From: Harriotta raleighana
Lineage: Eukaryota
Reading direction: 5' to 3'
Length of the DNA: 64,000 bases
NCBI GenBank assembly: GCA_050575255.1
Contig: JBNZDD010013709.1
Location: forward strand, 5,112,788 to 5,176,787
In this document: in pieces, positions 12,526-24,964 of the stretch
Layout of the letters: each line of letters begins with the position of its first letter
How positions within the stretch are numbered: the stretch's first letter is position 1
The notes under the pieces: generated by a model
The model's database searches: none
The model's input: only the letters and a program-made list of their open reading frames with translations
What the model was told of the DNA's origin: nothing
Program-made: the position numbers and the translations under genes

Positions 12526-13294
12526 CAGATAGGACGGACATCAATTTTATTTAGGTGGCCAACCTTTAAGACTTTTTGAGATGACATCCCCCAAAGTGAC
12601 TGTGCGAAGCCAGATCATATTTCGACTTCCAGAGGGTGTTTGCCAAAGTACCACCAGAAAGTTTGCTTCACAAACTAGTCATTGGGTATCAAGGCCAAGA
12701 CATAGACGTAGATTCCCAACTAGCTGAAACAAACAAAGAACAGGGTCATTGTTACGGGAGCTAGGTCAAAATGGGAGAAAGGTATTAATTGGCGGACCTT
12801 TAGTAAAACATTGTTTGAAAAAACTTTGAAGATGTCATCACCTTAATTTTGAAAAATATTGAAGAGGTTGGAGTTAAAAAAATAGATATACAGTATACAG
12901 TTTTGGCATTTAGTGGACTGACAAAAGAGAATAATGTATAATCTTTTATTAATGACTCAGAATTTAACAGTAAACTTAGGGGACTTCCTCTCTGCTTGGA
13001 TTCCGCCTCTCATCCTAACTGTGAAACAATGCAACATCAAAAACATCTGCAGTTCTGGATAGCATCTCTCTCTGAAACTACAGCATTCAACTCACACTTT
13101 CAAACTCCAATAACAACATTTATTATATCAAAGCAGCTTTGTATTTTATTCTGGACGCTGGCGCCTTTCAAAGCTCTCATTCCATCCATGACAGTAATTA
13201 TTGCTATTAAGATGCTCTTCAGAAGACACCAGCCCCAAAAGCAGACAATGCTTCTTCTACCTTCCCCCTCCCCCGTCCTACCAATAACCAGAAG

Positions 13295-13480
13295 GTGACA
13301 TCATCCGCACTCAGTTTATTTTAAAAAGGCCTAAAGAATAGAGCTGCCCATGGCTGCGGATAGGGGAGATTAATGAGGAGTGCTGGCGCTAAATATGCAT
13401 GCTCAGATCTCCTGTCAAAGAGCACTGCTCTCGCTGCTGCTTAAAAAGAGGAATCACTGATAAACAAACCCTTTCACCAG
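13295..13480. promoter_or_regulatory. Candidate conserved non-coding element/enhancer
   Basis: Non-repetitive, CpG-retaining block with GATTAATG, TGGCGC, CTGTCAA and TGATAAACAAA motifs; conservation not tested. Confidence 0.3.
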
Positions 13481-13809
13481 CGCAGTGGGGCACATAGGGT
13501 TGAGAGCGACTGATGGGAGTGTTTGTTTAATGTGTAGATGTATGGAGTGCTTCAGGGCTCTGGCGCATCGTTAAGCCATGGCGCAGGGTGGTGGGATTTG
13601 GGTTTGTACTCAGCATCCGTTAACCTCTCCCCCCCCCCCCCNCCTCCAACCATATGACAAATTGCCAACCTTCCATGGGTCAAGTGCCAAGTTGAGGTCA
13701 GAGGCATTCTTACTGGGTGGGTGTGAAAACAAATCAAATAAGCCAGCCCAGGTGAGTTGGCTCAGGTAAAGTTATAGACGTGGGACTGCAAAGCTCAAGA
13801 TCCACACAT

Positions 13810-14280
13810 TTGGTTATACATAACATTGAAACATCTCAAAACGCTTCACAGGTAATTGTCGCAGATTGAGGTGACTAGATATTTATGGGTGAACAACAAA
13901 ATTACACTTGTATAGCACCTTTCACATCAGGAGAACATCCAAGCCACTGGCACTTTGACCAGTTTGATGGCCAAGTTGACCACAGCAGTGTCCCATAAGC
14001 CACACATCTCAGGTAGACCAGTCATTCATCTACAACGATGGGGATAAATGCTCAATTGTATCTGGAATATTGTGGGCCCAAACCCAGGATACAGGGAAAA
14101 ACTTCTTTCTCTTTTTTCAAATAATGTGAAGGGATCTTTAATACCAGCCGATTCCACCAGAACAGACAAACAGGGCCTCAGTTTAATACCTCAGCCGAAG
14201 GTAAGATGGTACCTCGAAGAATGGTACCTCGAGCAATGCAATACATTCCCAGCATTTCATTGCAGTCTCAGCATGTAGAG
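13810..14280 (-). mobile_element. Decayed DeuSINE with an L2 tail at ~13893-13950
   Basis: acatctcaaaacgcttcacagg...cacagcagtgtcccataagc...gggatctttaatacc...gggcctcagtttaatacctcagccgaag. Confidence 0.6.
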
Positions 14281-14649
14281 ATACAGTATAAGGAAGCAGG
14301 GAAAATCAATGTAAACATAGAAGCGAGAAAACAAAATCGCATGTGAATTTGTGTCAATTGTGCAAGTTTCCAAAGCAAATGATTAGGTATTCCATGCCTT
14401 GTATTTTTTCTAACTGCAGGCGATAGCAAAACAACCAGCCAGTCCTTGAATGTTAAAAATAAAGGTTAAATTGCGTAAGTACATGAAACCTCAGAACAGT
14501 TGACAGTTAAGCAATAGTGAATGACAACTCATGTGTAAATCAAGAGTGTTAATGTACATGCTATGGAGTTCATTATTGTTAGCCTGCTCAGCTTCTTCAT
14601 CATATCCTGTTACATTTTTTTTCCTATTAAGAAATAAGCCAAAGTTAAA

Positions 14650-15135
14650 ATGAAAATGACATTGAGTTGCAGCAACAGCAGGAGGCATGTGGAGGAAACA
14701 ATTACAATCTCCATCGTGCTCTCTGAGTAAATATTTGAGGGCTCTTTTTTCCACGGCTGCCAGAGTGCATCACAATGGTACAATTTGCAAATGTTCAGAG
14801 AATGGACTTGAAAAAGAATCTGTCAATTTGTGCAGAGCTTTTTATTGCTGTGTCGAAATGCTACTGTTATGCTGTTTACAGCCGTTCCTTGAGGCCCGGG
14901 TGGGCGACATTCTCCTGATCAGACCCGAGTGGCGCTTACGTGTTCTTCATTGCAATCAATTCACGGTCTGAATTTATGAGGTGTCACAAGGAACCTGGCA
15001 GCACCACTGACCTCTCACACTTTTTGAAATGGACACGAGGAACCTGGAAGGTGGGGGGAAGCTTTAATGCTTCAAATTGTTCCATCATCCAGCAGCATAG
15101 CACTTTGGGCGCTCTAATTAATATAAAGATCTATA
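14650..15135. promoter_or_regulatory. Candidate conserved enhancer in the Hlx 3' region
   Basis: TE-free and CpG-retaining; FOX GTAAATA 14727 and TGTTTAC 14873, SOX ACAATGG 14772, ATTTGCAAAT 14783, TGTCA, TTTATTG 14841, TAATTAAT. Confidence 0.45.
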
Positions 15136-15589
15136 AAGTTCCCATAGTGCAGATTAAATTTCTACACATTCACACACACATGCACACATACACATAAACA
15201 CTCGTTTCTTGACACTTTCTTTGGTTCAGTCCAAAAGTGACTACAAGATGATGTGTCAGAATAAAGAACAGGGCTAATTCCAAAACAATTTTAAGAGCTT
15301 CGAATGAATTCTAGTGAGATTTCCCATTTCCACAGCTGATAATGTCTGGGCTGTGAGAGGGAGAGAACAGCTGCTGGATGGAATGAGAATGTGATAGTGT
15401 GAGGAAAGGAGGGTTGAGTTTATAGTACTGAGGGGGCTATTCTGCCTGTACACTCTATGTGGTGAATTTGTTAACGTGGGCTCTGGACTGTGCTGTTCCA
15501 CTCACTAATTTTAGCGAATTTATTGCTATAGGTTTGTAAATGACAGCAGTGCAATTTTTACTTAGAGATAAAATTATGTGTTATAAATA

Positions 15590-15990
15590 TGAACAAAGTC
15601 CTGGTGAAGTCCTAGCCAATATTACTCCCTCATCCCCAAAAATTCATCCATATAAAAAACTGTAGATTTGGCTATCTCGTTGCTGTTGCGCCGGATATTC
15701 CTGGTGGAGATTAACTGCATAACCAGCAGTTCACTACACTTCAAAGTAACTCATCGTGCAACTTGCTTTGCAATAATTCAACATGACATACTAAAAATTG
15801 AATAGTCCATGAATTCAATACAGTGCCTTATCACTTTGTCAAAACATCGCAAAGTGATTCACAGAATTTACTGCAAAGTATAGTTACTAAGCCAATTTGT
15901 GCATAGCAATATCCCACAAACAGCGAAGAAGCGATTGACTAATTTTATTTGCGGCAATTGTTGGCCAGAACACCGAGGAACTCATGGTCT
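15590..15990. mobile_element. Two decayed DeuSINE 3' halves, tail to tail
   Basis: Plus: ctggtgaagtcctagccaatatt...cactacacttcaaagtaactcat; minus: gtgccttatcac...atcccacaaacagc...ggccagaacaccgaggaactc. Confidence 0.5.
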
Positions 15991-16369
15991 CATACCAAAC
16001 ACAAAGTTAGTTATATTTATTGTTTTAAAATTAAATGTTTATATGTACTATATATACATAGAGCGAGAGGGGGAGAGAGAAAATTGTATTGCAGTTATTT
16101 TTAAGCAACAGGAACAAGAACACATTTGTAAAATTTAGCAGGGAGATCAGAATAGTCCCTTAAGAAATTGACCTCAAGATCTTCTGCACCGCAACAGTGG
16201 GGAAAAATGCAGAAGGGATTGGCAGATATTTTATGATTTCCAGGCATTCACAAACATCTTTCTAAGCATTTCATCGACAATTCTTTACCCATTAGAAAAC
16301 CACAGTAAAAAAAAATGTTTCATTATACTTGCTTTCCAAAAAATCCCTCTTGCTCTTGAATCAGAACAA

Positions 16370-16640
16370 ACCCCATATTGGGACTTTGAACTCATAAGTG
16401 TAGGTTCACACTCCAGTTCAGTGCTGGGGTTGCGCTGCATTATCAGAGGCATTGTCCTTTGGATAAGATAATAAACCAAGGTCCAGTCTGCCTGTTCACA
16501 TTGATGTTAAAGATCCCATAACACTATTTGAAAAGAGAAATACACAGTCGCTACGCTTTATAGTAATTCCTATGAAGCACTTTGAGACATCCTCCTCACA
16601 TGAGAGCTGCTAAATTAAATGCAAAAGTATTATTATTATT
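16370..16640 (+). mobile_element. DeuSINE, internally deleted
   Basis: cactccagttcagtgctgggg...gtcctttggataagataataaaccaaggtcc...gatgttaaagatcccataacactatttgaa...gaagcactttgagacatcc...tattattatt. Confidence 0.7.
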
Positions 16641-19600
16641 ACAGTTTAAAATCACTCTGCACAAGTAACTTCTTAATTTTTTTATTAAGGGGTCAATAAT
16701 AATCATTTTTATTGTGGGTCAATAATAATACTTATTAATATTATTTTGATGATGATGGGCATTCCTCTGCAAATTCCAACATTGATGCTGGCCATGACTC
16801 AACAATAACAACAAAATGTATTTAGCGCCTTTCATGTAGGAAGGTCAAAGGACTCAACCAATGGGATTTGTGAACATTCTGAACTATGTCAAACAATGGT
16901 TAATCTTTTCCCATAAGATTGGATGCTCTTTTGGCCAATTTAATAAAATGCTGTTCCTGGAATATTACTACAAATAGGTGAGCACTTCTCCAAATGACAA
17001 ATTCTTCCTTGTCAGTGGAATAAAGTCCATACTCAACAACTTTCCATTCGATAGATCTTTCACATGTGTTTTGTATAATAAAACCCTGACAATGAAACTC
17101 TAGATAAACTCTTGCAATAATGGAAGATGTGTTTTTTTTTCTCTAACAAACAAAATGTACCTTGTTCAGATGCACATGCTTATTCTTTCGACAACAGTTT
17201 GCATTTACATAGCGCCTTTCTCAGAGAAATCCCATAATGTAACATCTCAAAATTCTAATGATATCTTCTGTAATGGTTGGTGTGCGCTTGCGATGAATTC
17301 TCGTGGGTCAGCACAATATGTATAGAGTTCCCTGGAGGAGACCCGTTTTACGTCCCAAAGAAGCTTCCCTGACATGATCTACACAAGAGTTTAACCCAAC
17401 AAACAATTTTAAACCCTGGTGCATGGTGCCAGTTGCTTCAATGTGAAAACTAACACATCATATTGTTAACATTTGCACCCTCACCCTGACTTACAAAGAA
17501 GCTTTCAAATTCATTGTTTATAATTCATATATTCATATTCACTGATACTTTCAGCGCTGCTCCAGAATGTTAGTTATGTTAGTGCAGAGCGACTTGGGAT
17601 TCATCTAATTCTTTGGCCTGCCAACTTGTCCCATTAGTAATCAGAACCTGAGGCATCCGCCACTCTGATGATTAGCCTTTTAGTCATTAAAATCTGTGGA
17701 CCTGTATTAGAGGGTAGTGTATTTCAGGAGACGTGGTGTCAGTTCAACCCTAGTCAGCAGCTTGTGGCCTACAGCCCACTCTGCGTACTGTCTTTCTTGA
17801 GTTAGAGCTTGGGAGGGAAGGATTCAAAGCACACAGATCAACAGAAAATGTGAGGCTACAGTACAATGACTTCATCAATACTCCATTTATCAGTAATTAC
17901 TGACTCCATTAAAGCAAAGTTTACAACACAGGCAGGAACAGAGCTTAAAATATGCCTCAGCAGATGGACAGAGGGTGTCAGTGATGCCATATTTCAAAGG
18001 CATCTGTGAGTTTGTTATCATTTGGTTTGGAGTCAGAAAGACAGCATAAAGCAGAGTTTGTTGGGAAGAGGATGATTTACTTGACCTTGCATCTGTAGAA
18101 CTGACAGCACAACCCTCATTAATTCCCTGGGTCACTCTCAAAGACATAAATTGGTTAGAAATCGAAATAAGTAGAGATTTACCAGACCTGGGCAAGAGGA
18201 TTATGAAATCTCTATAACCCAAGAAAGCATTTCCAAATCATTCTTTTAATAAATCAAGCCGACTTTTAGGAGAAGGCTAATAAGTTTAATCAGGGAGTTT
18301 TGGAACTTTTTGTACATATCAAACAGATAATATAGCTGTATTTCACTTAAGAATCAACTAAAAGTGATAATTCACTCCTATTTCTTCTTGACCTGGATAA
18401 TGCTGTTGTTAGAAGCCACAGGCACTGAAAGAAATGGAAGCATAAATAACATTAGTGCACTCAGCTATTTTAAAAAGTCTCAAATATCTTTTGGCTGGTG
18501 CTCAAAACTTCACAGCTGAAAATAAGCCTTACCTTTTTTCCATTTTAATCTTTAACCTCATCATCTCTGGAAACGCTGATGTTTATACAATGGTTTGCAG
18601 CCAAGCTAATTTCTCTGGTCTTTTAACTTGTCATTTCTATATTTAAAAAAAATTGTTATTCATATAAAAATGGGAGATTCGTGAACCAGGGGCCAGTGTG
18701 CTGCCAGTAGTTCTGCTAAAAAAAAGGAACATCAAGACCTGGAGGCTTGCCAGCTGTAAACACTATTCTTTGCTTATTTTCTTTTGATCCTTTTGAAGTT
18801 TGGTTAAGTTCAGTTATGATAGAAAAAAAACAAACACCGATTAACAAGACAATTGGTGAGGCAAATGAGGTCTGAAGATCAAGGAAATAAAACAGAGATT
18901 TTTTCTCATACCCTCCCAACCCCCCACCCTGACCAAAACAAAGTGACCGATGCCTCTTTGTTTTAAACAAACACAATAAAACAGGTCATTCGAAACCTTG
19001 AATTTCTCCACTCAGAAATTATTATGGTTAAAGTAGGGTTATCTCCGTCTACTGAGACCACACAATTGCAAATCTTCTGTCATTCACTGCTGAGCACTCC
19101 CTATCAACAATAGTCTACCAGGGAAAAGACCTAAATCTATCATTGAAATGGACAGCTTGAGGGAGTTGGAACATAAAATGAGCTCCATTAGAGGGGTCAT
19201 CATGTTTAACTGGGCATTTACTCCTGCTGTACTGTGTCTTCTTTCAAAAATGCCCCATTCAATGTGACACAAGGCTACCTCCCTTTCTTCAGTACACGAG
19301 CCAATGCTTGAATTCAGAGCAAGTTTGGACTCCATGTGGACAAGCAATCATTTGCTGCTCTGTTGACAGGGATGAAGTGCAGGTTGTTGAAATTTGTGTC
19401 TGGAATGTTAGCAGCTCTCTCTCACTTGTATCTGGAGGTCTTGTTTGCTCTAACGTTTCTGCTGTCAAAAGGCCTCACACATAGAGGAGATGGGCTGCAA
19501 GCCTTCAATCTCACACGCAAAGGGTGAAGCATAGTAGGGCTCTAGGCTGTCGGGATTGAGATATATGTTATTATCCAGATCGTCACACTATCAGGCCTGT

Positions 19601-19839
19601 CCATCATTCACCCTGATTTGAGGGAACTACCACAAGCAATCGAATAGTGAGAGTACACATAGTGAGAAGGGGATTGCAAATTAACATGAGTAAGTAAGTG
19701 CACATAGAGGAATGAAAATAGGAGAGAAATAAATAATAATAACAACAATAATCCTTGTATTTTGATACATTGCATCAAAGCTCTTGATGGAATTTCACTG
19801 TGGTGTTTAGTGAGTGTATTTGGAGATAAAAATCGAGAG

Positions 19840-20300
19840 GGCAGACAAATTATATATTTAACTAAGCATTTTCCAGCATTAACACTCCGCAATTCTTTCA
19901 GTTTAACAGATAAAATTTGCCTGCATGTGTTTTTCAGACATCCAGCTTTTATCTCTTTGATTTAACAATTCGCTGTGAAAGCAATTCTTTGGATTGTAAG
20001 ACAATCCTCCGATCCTCTTACCATAAATGTTTTGGTCAGTGCCCGAGCCTATCACTATGTATTACATGAAAGTTAAAATGACTGGAATAAATACAATGTC
20101 AATGGTTTCTTCATCAATGCACCCCCTCCAGTATTTCCAGATGTGCTGCTTAATTAATTAAACATGTAGCAGAAGCAAGCAGATAGGCTGTCACTCTCGA
20201 CTTGTGGTGAATAAACCATCCATAGTCACGACAGATAACATTCATCATTTGCAAATTTGAAATCAAGGAAAGCAATTATTTTGATCAGATGTTACTTTGG
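19840..20300. promoter_or_regulatory. Candidate non-coding conserved block
   Basis: TE-free; CAGATAA, CTTTGAT (TCF), AACAAT, CCATAAA, TAATTAATTA and ATTTGCAAAT motifs. Confidence 0.3.
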
Positions 20301-21249
20301 AACTTGCTGAAGTATTTTGACAGGAGAAACCACAAAACCCAGCCAGAGAGTTTTAAAATAGGATTGAAACCTTGAATACCAGGCATTCTTGCTTCAAGCA
20401 GCACAATATTGTCCTATTGTCCACACAAGCAGCCCCCCTTCACCCCCCCGTCCCCCCCACCACCCACCCACCTCCCCATAGTTGCAGTAATCTCGATGAA
20501 GTTACCAAAAATATTCAAGATCTGAAATACAGAGGAGACTGAATCTGCAGCATGTGGTGCAATGTACTGGATGGGAAGGGAAGTTATCTCTTGACTGATG
20601 GGTGATGTAGATATCCTCTCCCACTTAGGCCACCAGAGAATATGTTTGTTTCTCCCCACCTCCCGCCACACCCCCCCACCCCACCATGCATACACAAACT
20701 GTACACACAGACACAAGCAAAGCCATTGGCTAGATCACTGTCAGCAATACTATAACCCCAATTAGTGCAGCCTCATTACTTCGGTTGCATGCGTCTACTT
20801 TTCAAGTTGTCAGTCAAAGTGTTGGACTGGGTTTCATTTGTACCCCTGTAAGTGTGACTGAGCGGCAGCTCAAAAACTAAGCACAGCTAAGACTGCAGCT
20901 CGGATATTAAATGCAAGTTATGGTCATTTCTAGAAGCGCTGAAGAACTATATGAAGAAAGTTGTGGGCCATACAATACTTAAAATGTGCAGATGGCACAC
21001 TTCAACAACACCAATTTTTTATTGGGTGCTTAAAATGGTATTTGCACATGGCTTATATCTGGTGTCCCAGTTATCAGAGGCAGGATGCCAAATGTAGGCT
21101 AAAGCACTCCTCTACAATGAACGAGAAAAAACAAGAGGGAATATATTTGTGCATCTCTGAGCAGCTGACCCAATATTGCGGCCTGAGAGACTTCTTGTTT
21201 TCTCACTTCACCAGGCGTAGTTATAATAATAATAATAATTACTATTCAC

Positions 21250-21566
21250 GGAGTCCTATGGCTCAGTGGTTAGAGCACCCGCCTTAAAAGGGAAAGACCT
21301 GGGTTTAATTCCAGCCAGGGTGAAACCTTGAACAAGTTTCCTTACTCCATGCGCCTGATAATAATCCATCAAGAAAAAAAATTGTCAGCTTCAAATCCAC
21401 AACTGTTTGTGGGACACTGCTGTGCACAATTGTGTCACATTTTACCCACATATATACAGTCAATTCACTTTACTGTATGTTCTTTGGAGCCCTTTGAGTC
21501 ATCTAGAAGACGTGAAAAGCAGCATATCAAATGTAAGGATTATTATTAATATTATTATTATAATAA
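21250..21566 (+). mobile_element. Full-length tRNA-derived SINE (short subfamily)
   Basis: ggagtcctatggctcagtggttagagcac (A box), gggtttaattcc (B box), ccttgaacaagtttccttactcca, Deu 3' segment, L2-like tail ending (ATT)n. Confidence 0.9.
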
Positions 21567-21740
21567 TCCTTGCATGTAAATTTAGTACCATTCAGAAAGC
21601 AGCACTCTTCTGTATATCAGCTTTCAACCATATACTGTATTCAGTATACATGTAACACATCAATAAAAGGTCACAACTAATGCTACGAGGGATTGCCTGT
21701 TCAGGTGAACATTAAGGTTCCCTCTTGTGACACTATCATC

Positions 21741-22036
21741 ATAACTACAACAATAAAATTACATTTATATAGCGCCTTTCATATCACCAGGACGTCCCAA
21801 GGCACTGGACAGGTTACCGCTTCAGACCCGAGCTTAGGATGGGGTGGAGGGGGGGGTGGGGGAGGATTCCCTGACAGGACCATCGAGGAGGAGAGTCTTG
21901 AGGTGAGACTTGAAGGAAGCCAGGAAGAGTGCAAGGCAGAGGGATTTCAGGATGGAGTTCCAGAGGTTGAAGGCAGAGTGGCGGAAGACTCGCCTGCCAA
22001 TGGTTGGATGGGTAGGTCGGGGGACATGGAGCAGGA
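21741..22036 (-). mobile_element. L2 3' end inserted into an older DeuSINE
   Basis: acaacaataaaattacatttatatagcgcctttc...ggacgtcccaaggcactgg...gcttcagacccgagc; flanks gcctgttcaggtgaacattaagg (left) and ggagtttctccttgtatcctgg (right) are consecutive Deu segments. Confidence 0.85.
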
Positions 22037-22236
22037 GTTTCTCCTTGTATCCTGGACATCAATTCTCCAGATGAATTGTTCTTTCAATTCAAGGCTATTT
22101 GGGGAAACCAGCTGTGCACAAAATGTCTGTTGCATTTGCCTTCCAAGTGGTTTGGGAGATATTGATGTGACAAAGCTCCATAAAAATGTCTGTTTTTTGC
22201 CTCATTAAAACACCAGTTGAGTCAATGTTGAATTGA

Positions 22237-22620
22237 GTCTTCACCAATGGCGTCTTGGATGCCATCGAGGGAGATAGACTCAGTGTGTCTGTTCCAGGCC
22301 TTTGACAGGTTTGCAGCACTTCTGTTCGCGGACTATATTGTGCTGCTGGCACTCATCTGAGGACATTTATCTCTGCACCCGCCATCTCGAACACTGGTGG
22401 GAAATGGTGGTGGATGCTCCCAAGCGCCAAACCATGGTCCTGCAATGCTTAAGACAAGACGTTGAGGGCATTGATTGGAACATACAAGGGGCATCAGTCC
22501 CATTTGTTGATTCTTTTCGGTATCTGGGATGGGGCTTGTGGCAGACACCAATTTCAGCCTGGACACTGTCCTGAAGGACTGTGTAGAGAAGAAGCAAAAG
22601 GCACACTGGTCAGGGATTCT
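22237..22620 (+). mobile_element. Frameshifted non-LTR reverse transcriptase relic, not the local L2/CR1 type
   Basis: Stitched frames give VFTNGVLDAIEGDRLSVSVPGL / LFADYIVLLA (22322-) / QTMVL...IQGASVPFVDSFRYLG, matching RT domains 5-7. Confidence 0.65.
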
Positions 22621-23264
22621 CCAAGGTTTGCAAGGTCCCAAAGTAGGACAAATCGCCAGCACATAAGACCAATGAATTCTTTATGAATCTTAACTCCTGG
22701 GAATGGGCTAGATTGGCCCACAATCAAATTGCAGTGAAAACAAATTAAGTTAGAAGTATAAATTTACAGCTGAAAATGAAAAATAAAGAATCAGAGAAAT
22801 GGATACAACAAGGAGAACAATTAAAGTGTTTTAATATGTTCATTTGCAAATACTGTAATTGGATTTAAATAGTTTTTTTGGTTCTAGAGTTCATTCAGAG
22901 GGCTCTTCTACAGGAATAAAGTCATTGGCACTTGAATAGCTGCGTGTTGTTCATTTTGATTGCTCAATGTTCGCAGAAATAGTGTCAAAAATCATCTCAC
23001 CCAAGGAGATGGAAACTTACTTATTCCCTGGTGGGGCATAACCTGAGGCAAGCTTCCTTGCTCTGCACACCTCTGTCCATCTAGGAATTAGTAGGAACAT
23101 GGTTGTTTGTCAATTGGCAGCTCGCTTACAATTGTCGGAGGTAATAATCTATCCAAAACTAAAATATTTTAAAACAAATTTTAATCCATGATTAGTTGTC
23201 ACATTTCACCCACAAAATCAGTTTATTACATTATATCCTACGAAAAGCTTTGAGACATCTCAAT

Positions 23265-23553
23265 TATAATAAACCTTGCATTTGATATAGCGCTTTCTAG
23301 ACATCACAAAATGCTTCACAGAATATATTGTAAAGTGAATTGACTATATATTTGTGGGCAAAACGCAGCAGCCAATTGCACGCAGCTGTGTCCCACGAAT
23401 AGTCATGGATTGAAGTGACCAAATTGTTATTGTGTGTTTCTTTTTGAGGGATTATTATCAGGCATTTGGAGTAAGGAAACGTGCCCAAGGTTTAACCCCA
23501 ACCTGCCTGAAATCAAACTCAGATTTGTTTCACTTATAAGATGAGTGCTCTAA
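23265..23553 (-). mobile_element. tRNA-derived SINE (short subfamily)
   Basis: Reverse complement of the 26708 and 40352 family. Confidence 0.88.
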
Positions 23554-23770
23554 GGGTTAAGGGTTACCATGAGAATATACATCTGATTAAAAGCAAGAAG
23601 GAAATAATTCCATGACTCCTCACATTCTGCCGCAGCCTCTGGGGGTGGGAGGGAGGAAGATAATGTGGTTTGCACTTCACTTAGAGTGTCTTTATGCTAA
23701 TTTTTTCCCTGGCTTTGCCAGGTACATTTGCAGTAGCCTTTTGTAGCCCAAAGTCATCATTTTGATCCTT

Positions 23771-23917
23771 AAAAACACAAAATACTGCAGATGCTGGGAA
23801 TCTGAAAAAAAACAGAAGTACGAAGGGTTGTGGACCCGAAATGTTGACTCACTTTCCTTTCTCCATGGATGCTACCTGACTTGCTGAGTTTCCCCAGCCA
23901 ACTTCTGTGTTTTTTTT
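23771..23917. mobile_element. Short Penelope-like terminal-repeat element with 12-bp TSD
   Basis: aaatactgcagatgctgg...gaagggttgtggacccgaaatgttgactc...gatgctacctgacttgctgagtttccccagc; ATTTTGATCCTT at 23759-23770 and 23918-23929. Confidence 0.75.
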
Positions 23918-24364
23918 ATTTTGATCCTTCTGGTATCTTCTGATTTACCTCTGGCTGAGAGTTAAACGCCTTGATTCCCCTGACAACGGTCCATCGGGAA
24001 AGTGTGAATCCAAACACTTGGGGAAAATTGGGGTGAAAATTGCAACTGATTTGATGTGTTAATTGAATCATTGTTAAAAATTGTGCTCTGTTTATAATTG
24101 AACATTGATTGGTCTATGGTTTTTACCACCTCCATCCACTCCTCCCCAATTATGCCATGGAAGTCCAGTGTGCCTTGAAGTCTGCATTTGGACTCCCAGC
24201 TGTTGGGACAATTAGCTTTACTCTGATTTGCTTATGGACTTAAGATGAGATCATTTGAGCCAGGAGATCCAAAGCACCCCCAGGTTCAACTTCCAACTTC
24301 AGTGTTTTGACAAACAGGGTTATGCCTTCAGTCAAAACTTGTAGTTATCATTAGGGCACAATTT

Positions 24365-24590
24365 AATAATAATATTATAATCCTTGCATTTCACATAGCA
24401 TTTTTCACATCCTCTAGATCTCAAACCACTTCACAAAATATACTGTAAAGTGGATTGAAACGCGGCAGCTAAATGCACACAGCAGAGTCCCACAAACAGT
24501 TGTGGATTGAAATGAACAATTTTATTATTATTTTTTTGGAGGGATTATATGTTAGGCGTGTGGAGAAGGAAACTTGCCCAAGGTTTTCAA
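24365..24590 (-). mobile_element. 5'-truncated tRNA-SINE
   Basis: ataatccttgcatttcacatagc...cacagcagagtcccacaaacag...ggaaacttgcccaagg. Confidence 0.85.
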
Positions 24591-24964
24591 CATCGTGACA
24601 ACTAATAAACCATTGCTCACAATTTTCTTGCAACAAAATAGTTCAAAATCAAGAGGTGGGTGGGGATTAAAGGTTGCCTCTGAAACCAGCTTCAAGGAGG
24701 CGCAAATATTTCACACGTATTCTCAGTCTAGAATCTTAGCATTTGAAACACAATGCAGAAGTGCCTCAGACAAGGAAACACATCTGGAAATAGCAGCAAC
24801 CAGGGTTTTGTTCTGTTCTAAACTATGAGAGTTGTACCCTTGATCATTAATTGGCCTGTCAACATCCTATTCGTATGAGTCAAATCAACAATCAAAAACC
24901 ACTGCTAACACATTCCAAGCAAATTCACCTTGACATCTGCTGGTTATTACTCTTTAAGAATAAA

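Noticed and set aside
14206-14232. Micro tandem duplications (ATGGTACCTCGA x2; similar at ~38400, ~53803 and ~54857)
   Set aside because: Ordinary 12-16-bp slippage duplications
19177-19190. 14-mer AATGAGCTCCATTA that is the reverse complement of 56370-56383
   Set aside because: Several shared 14-mers are expected by chance in 64 kb, and the match does not extend
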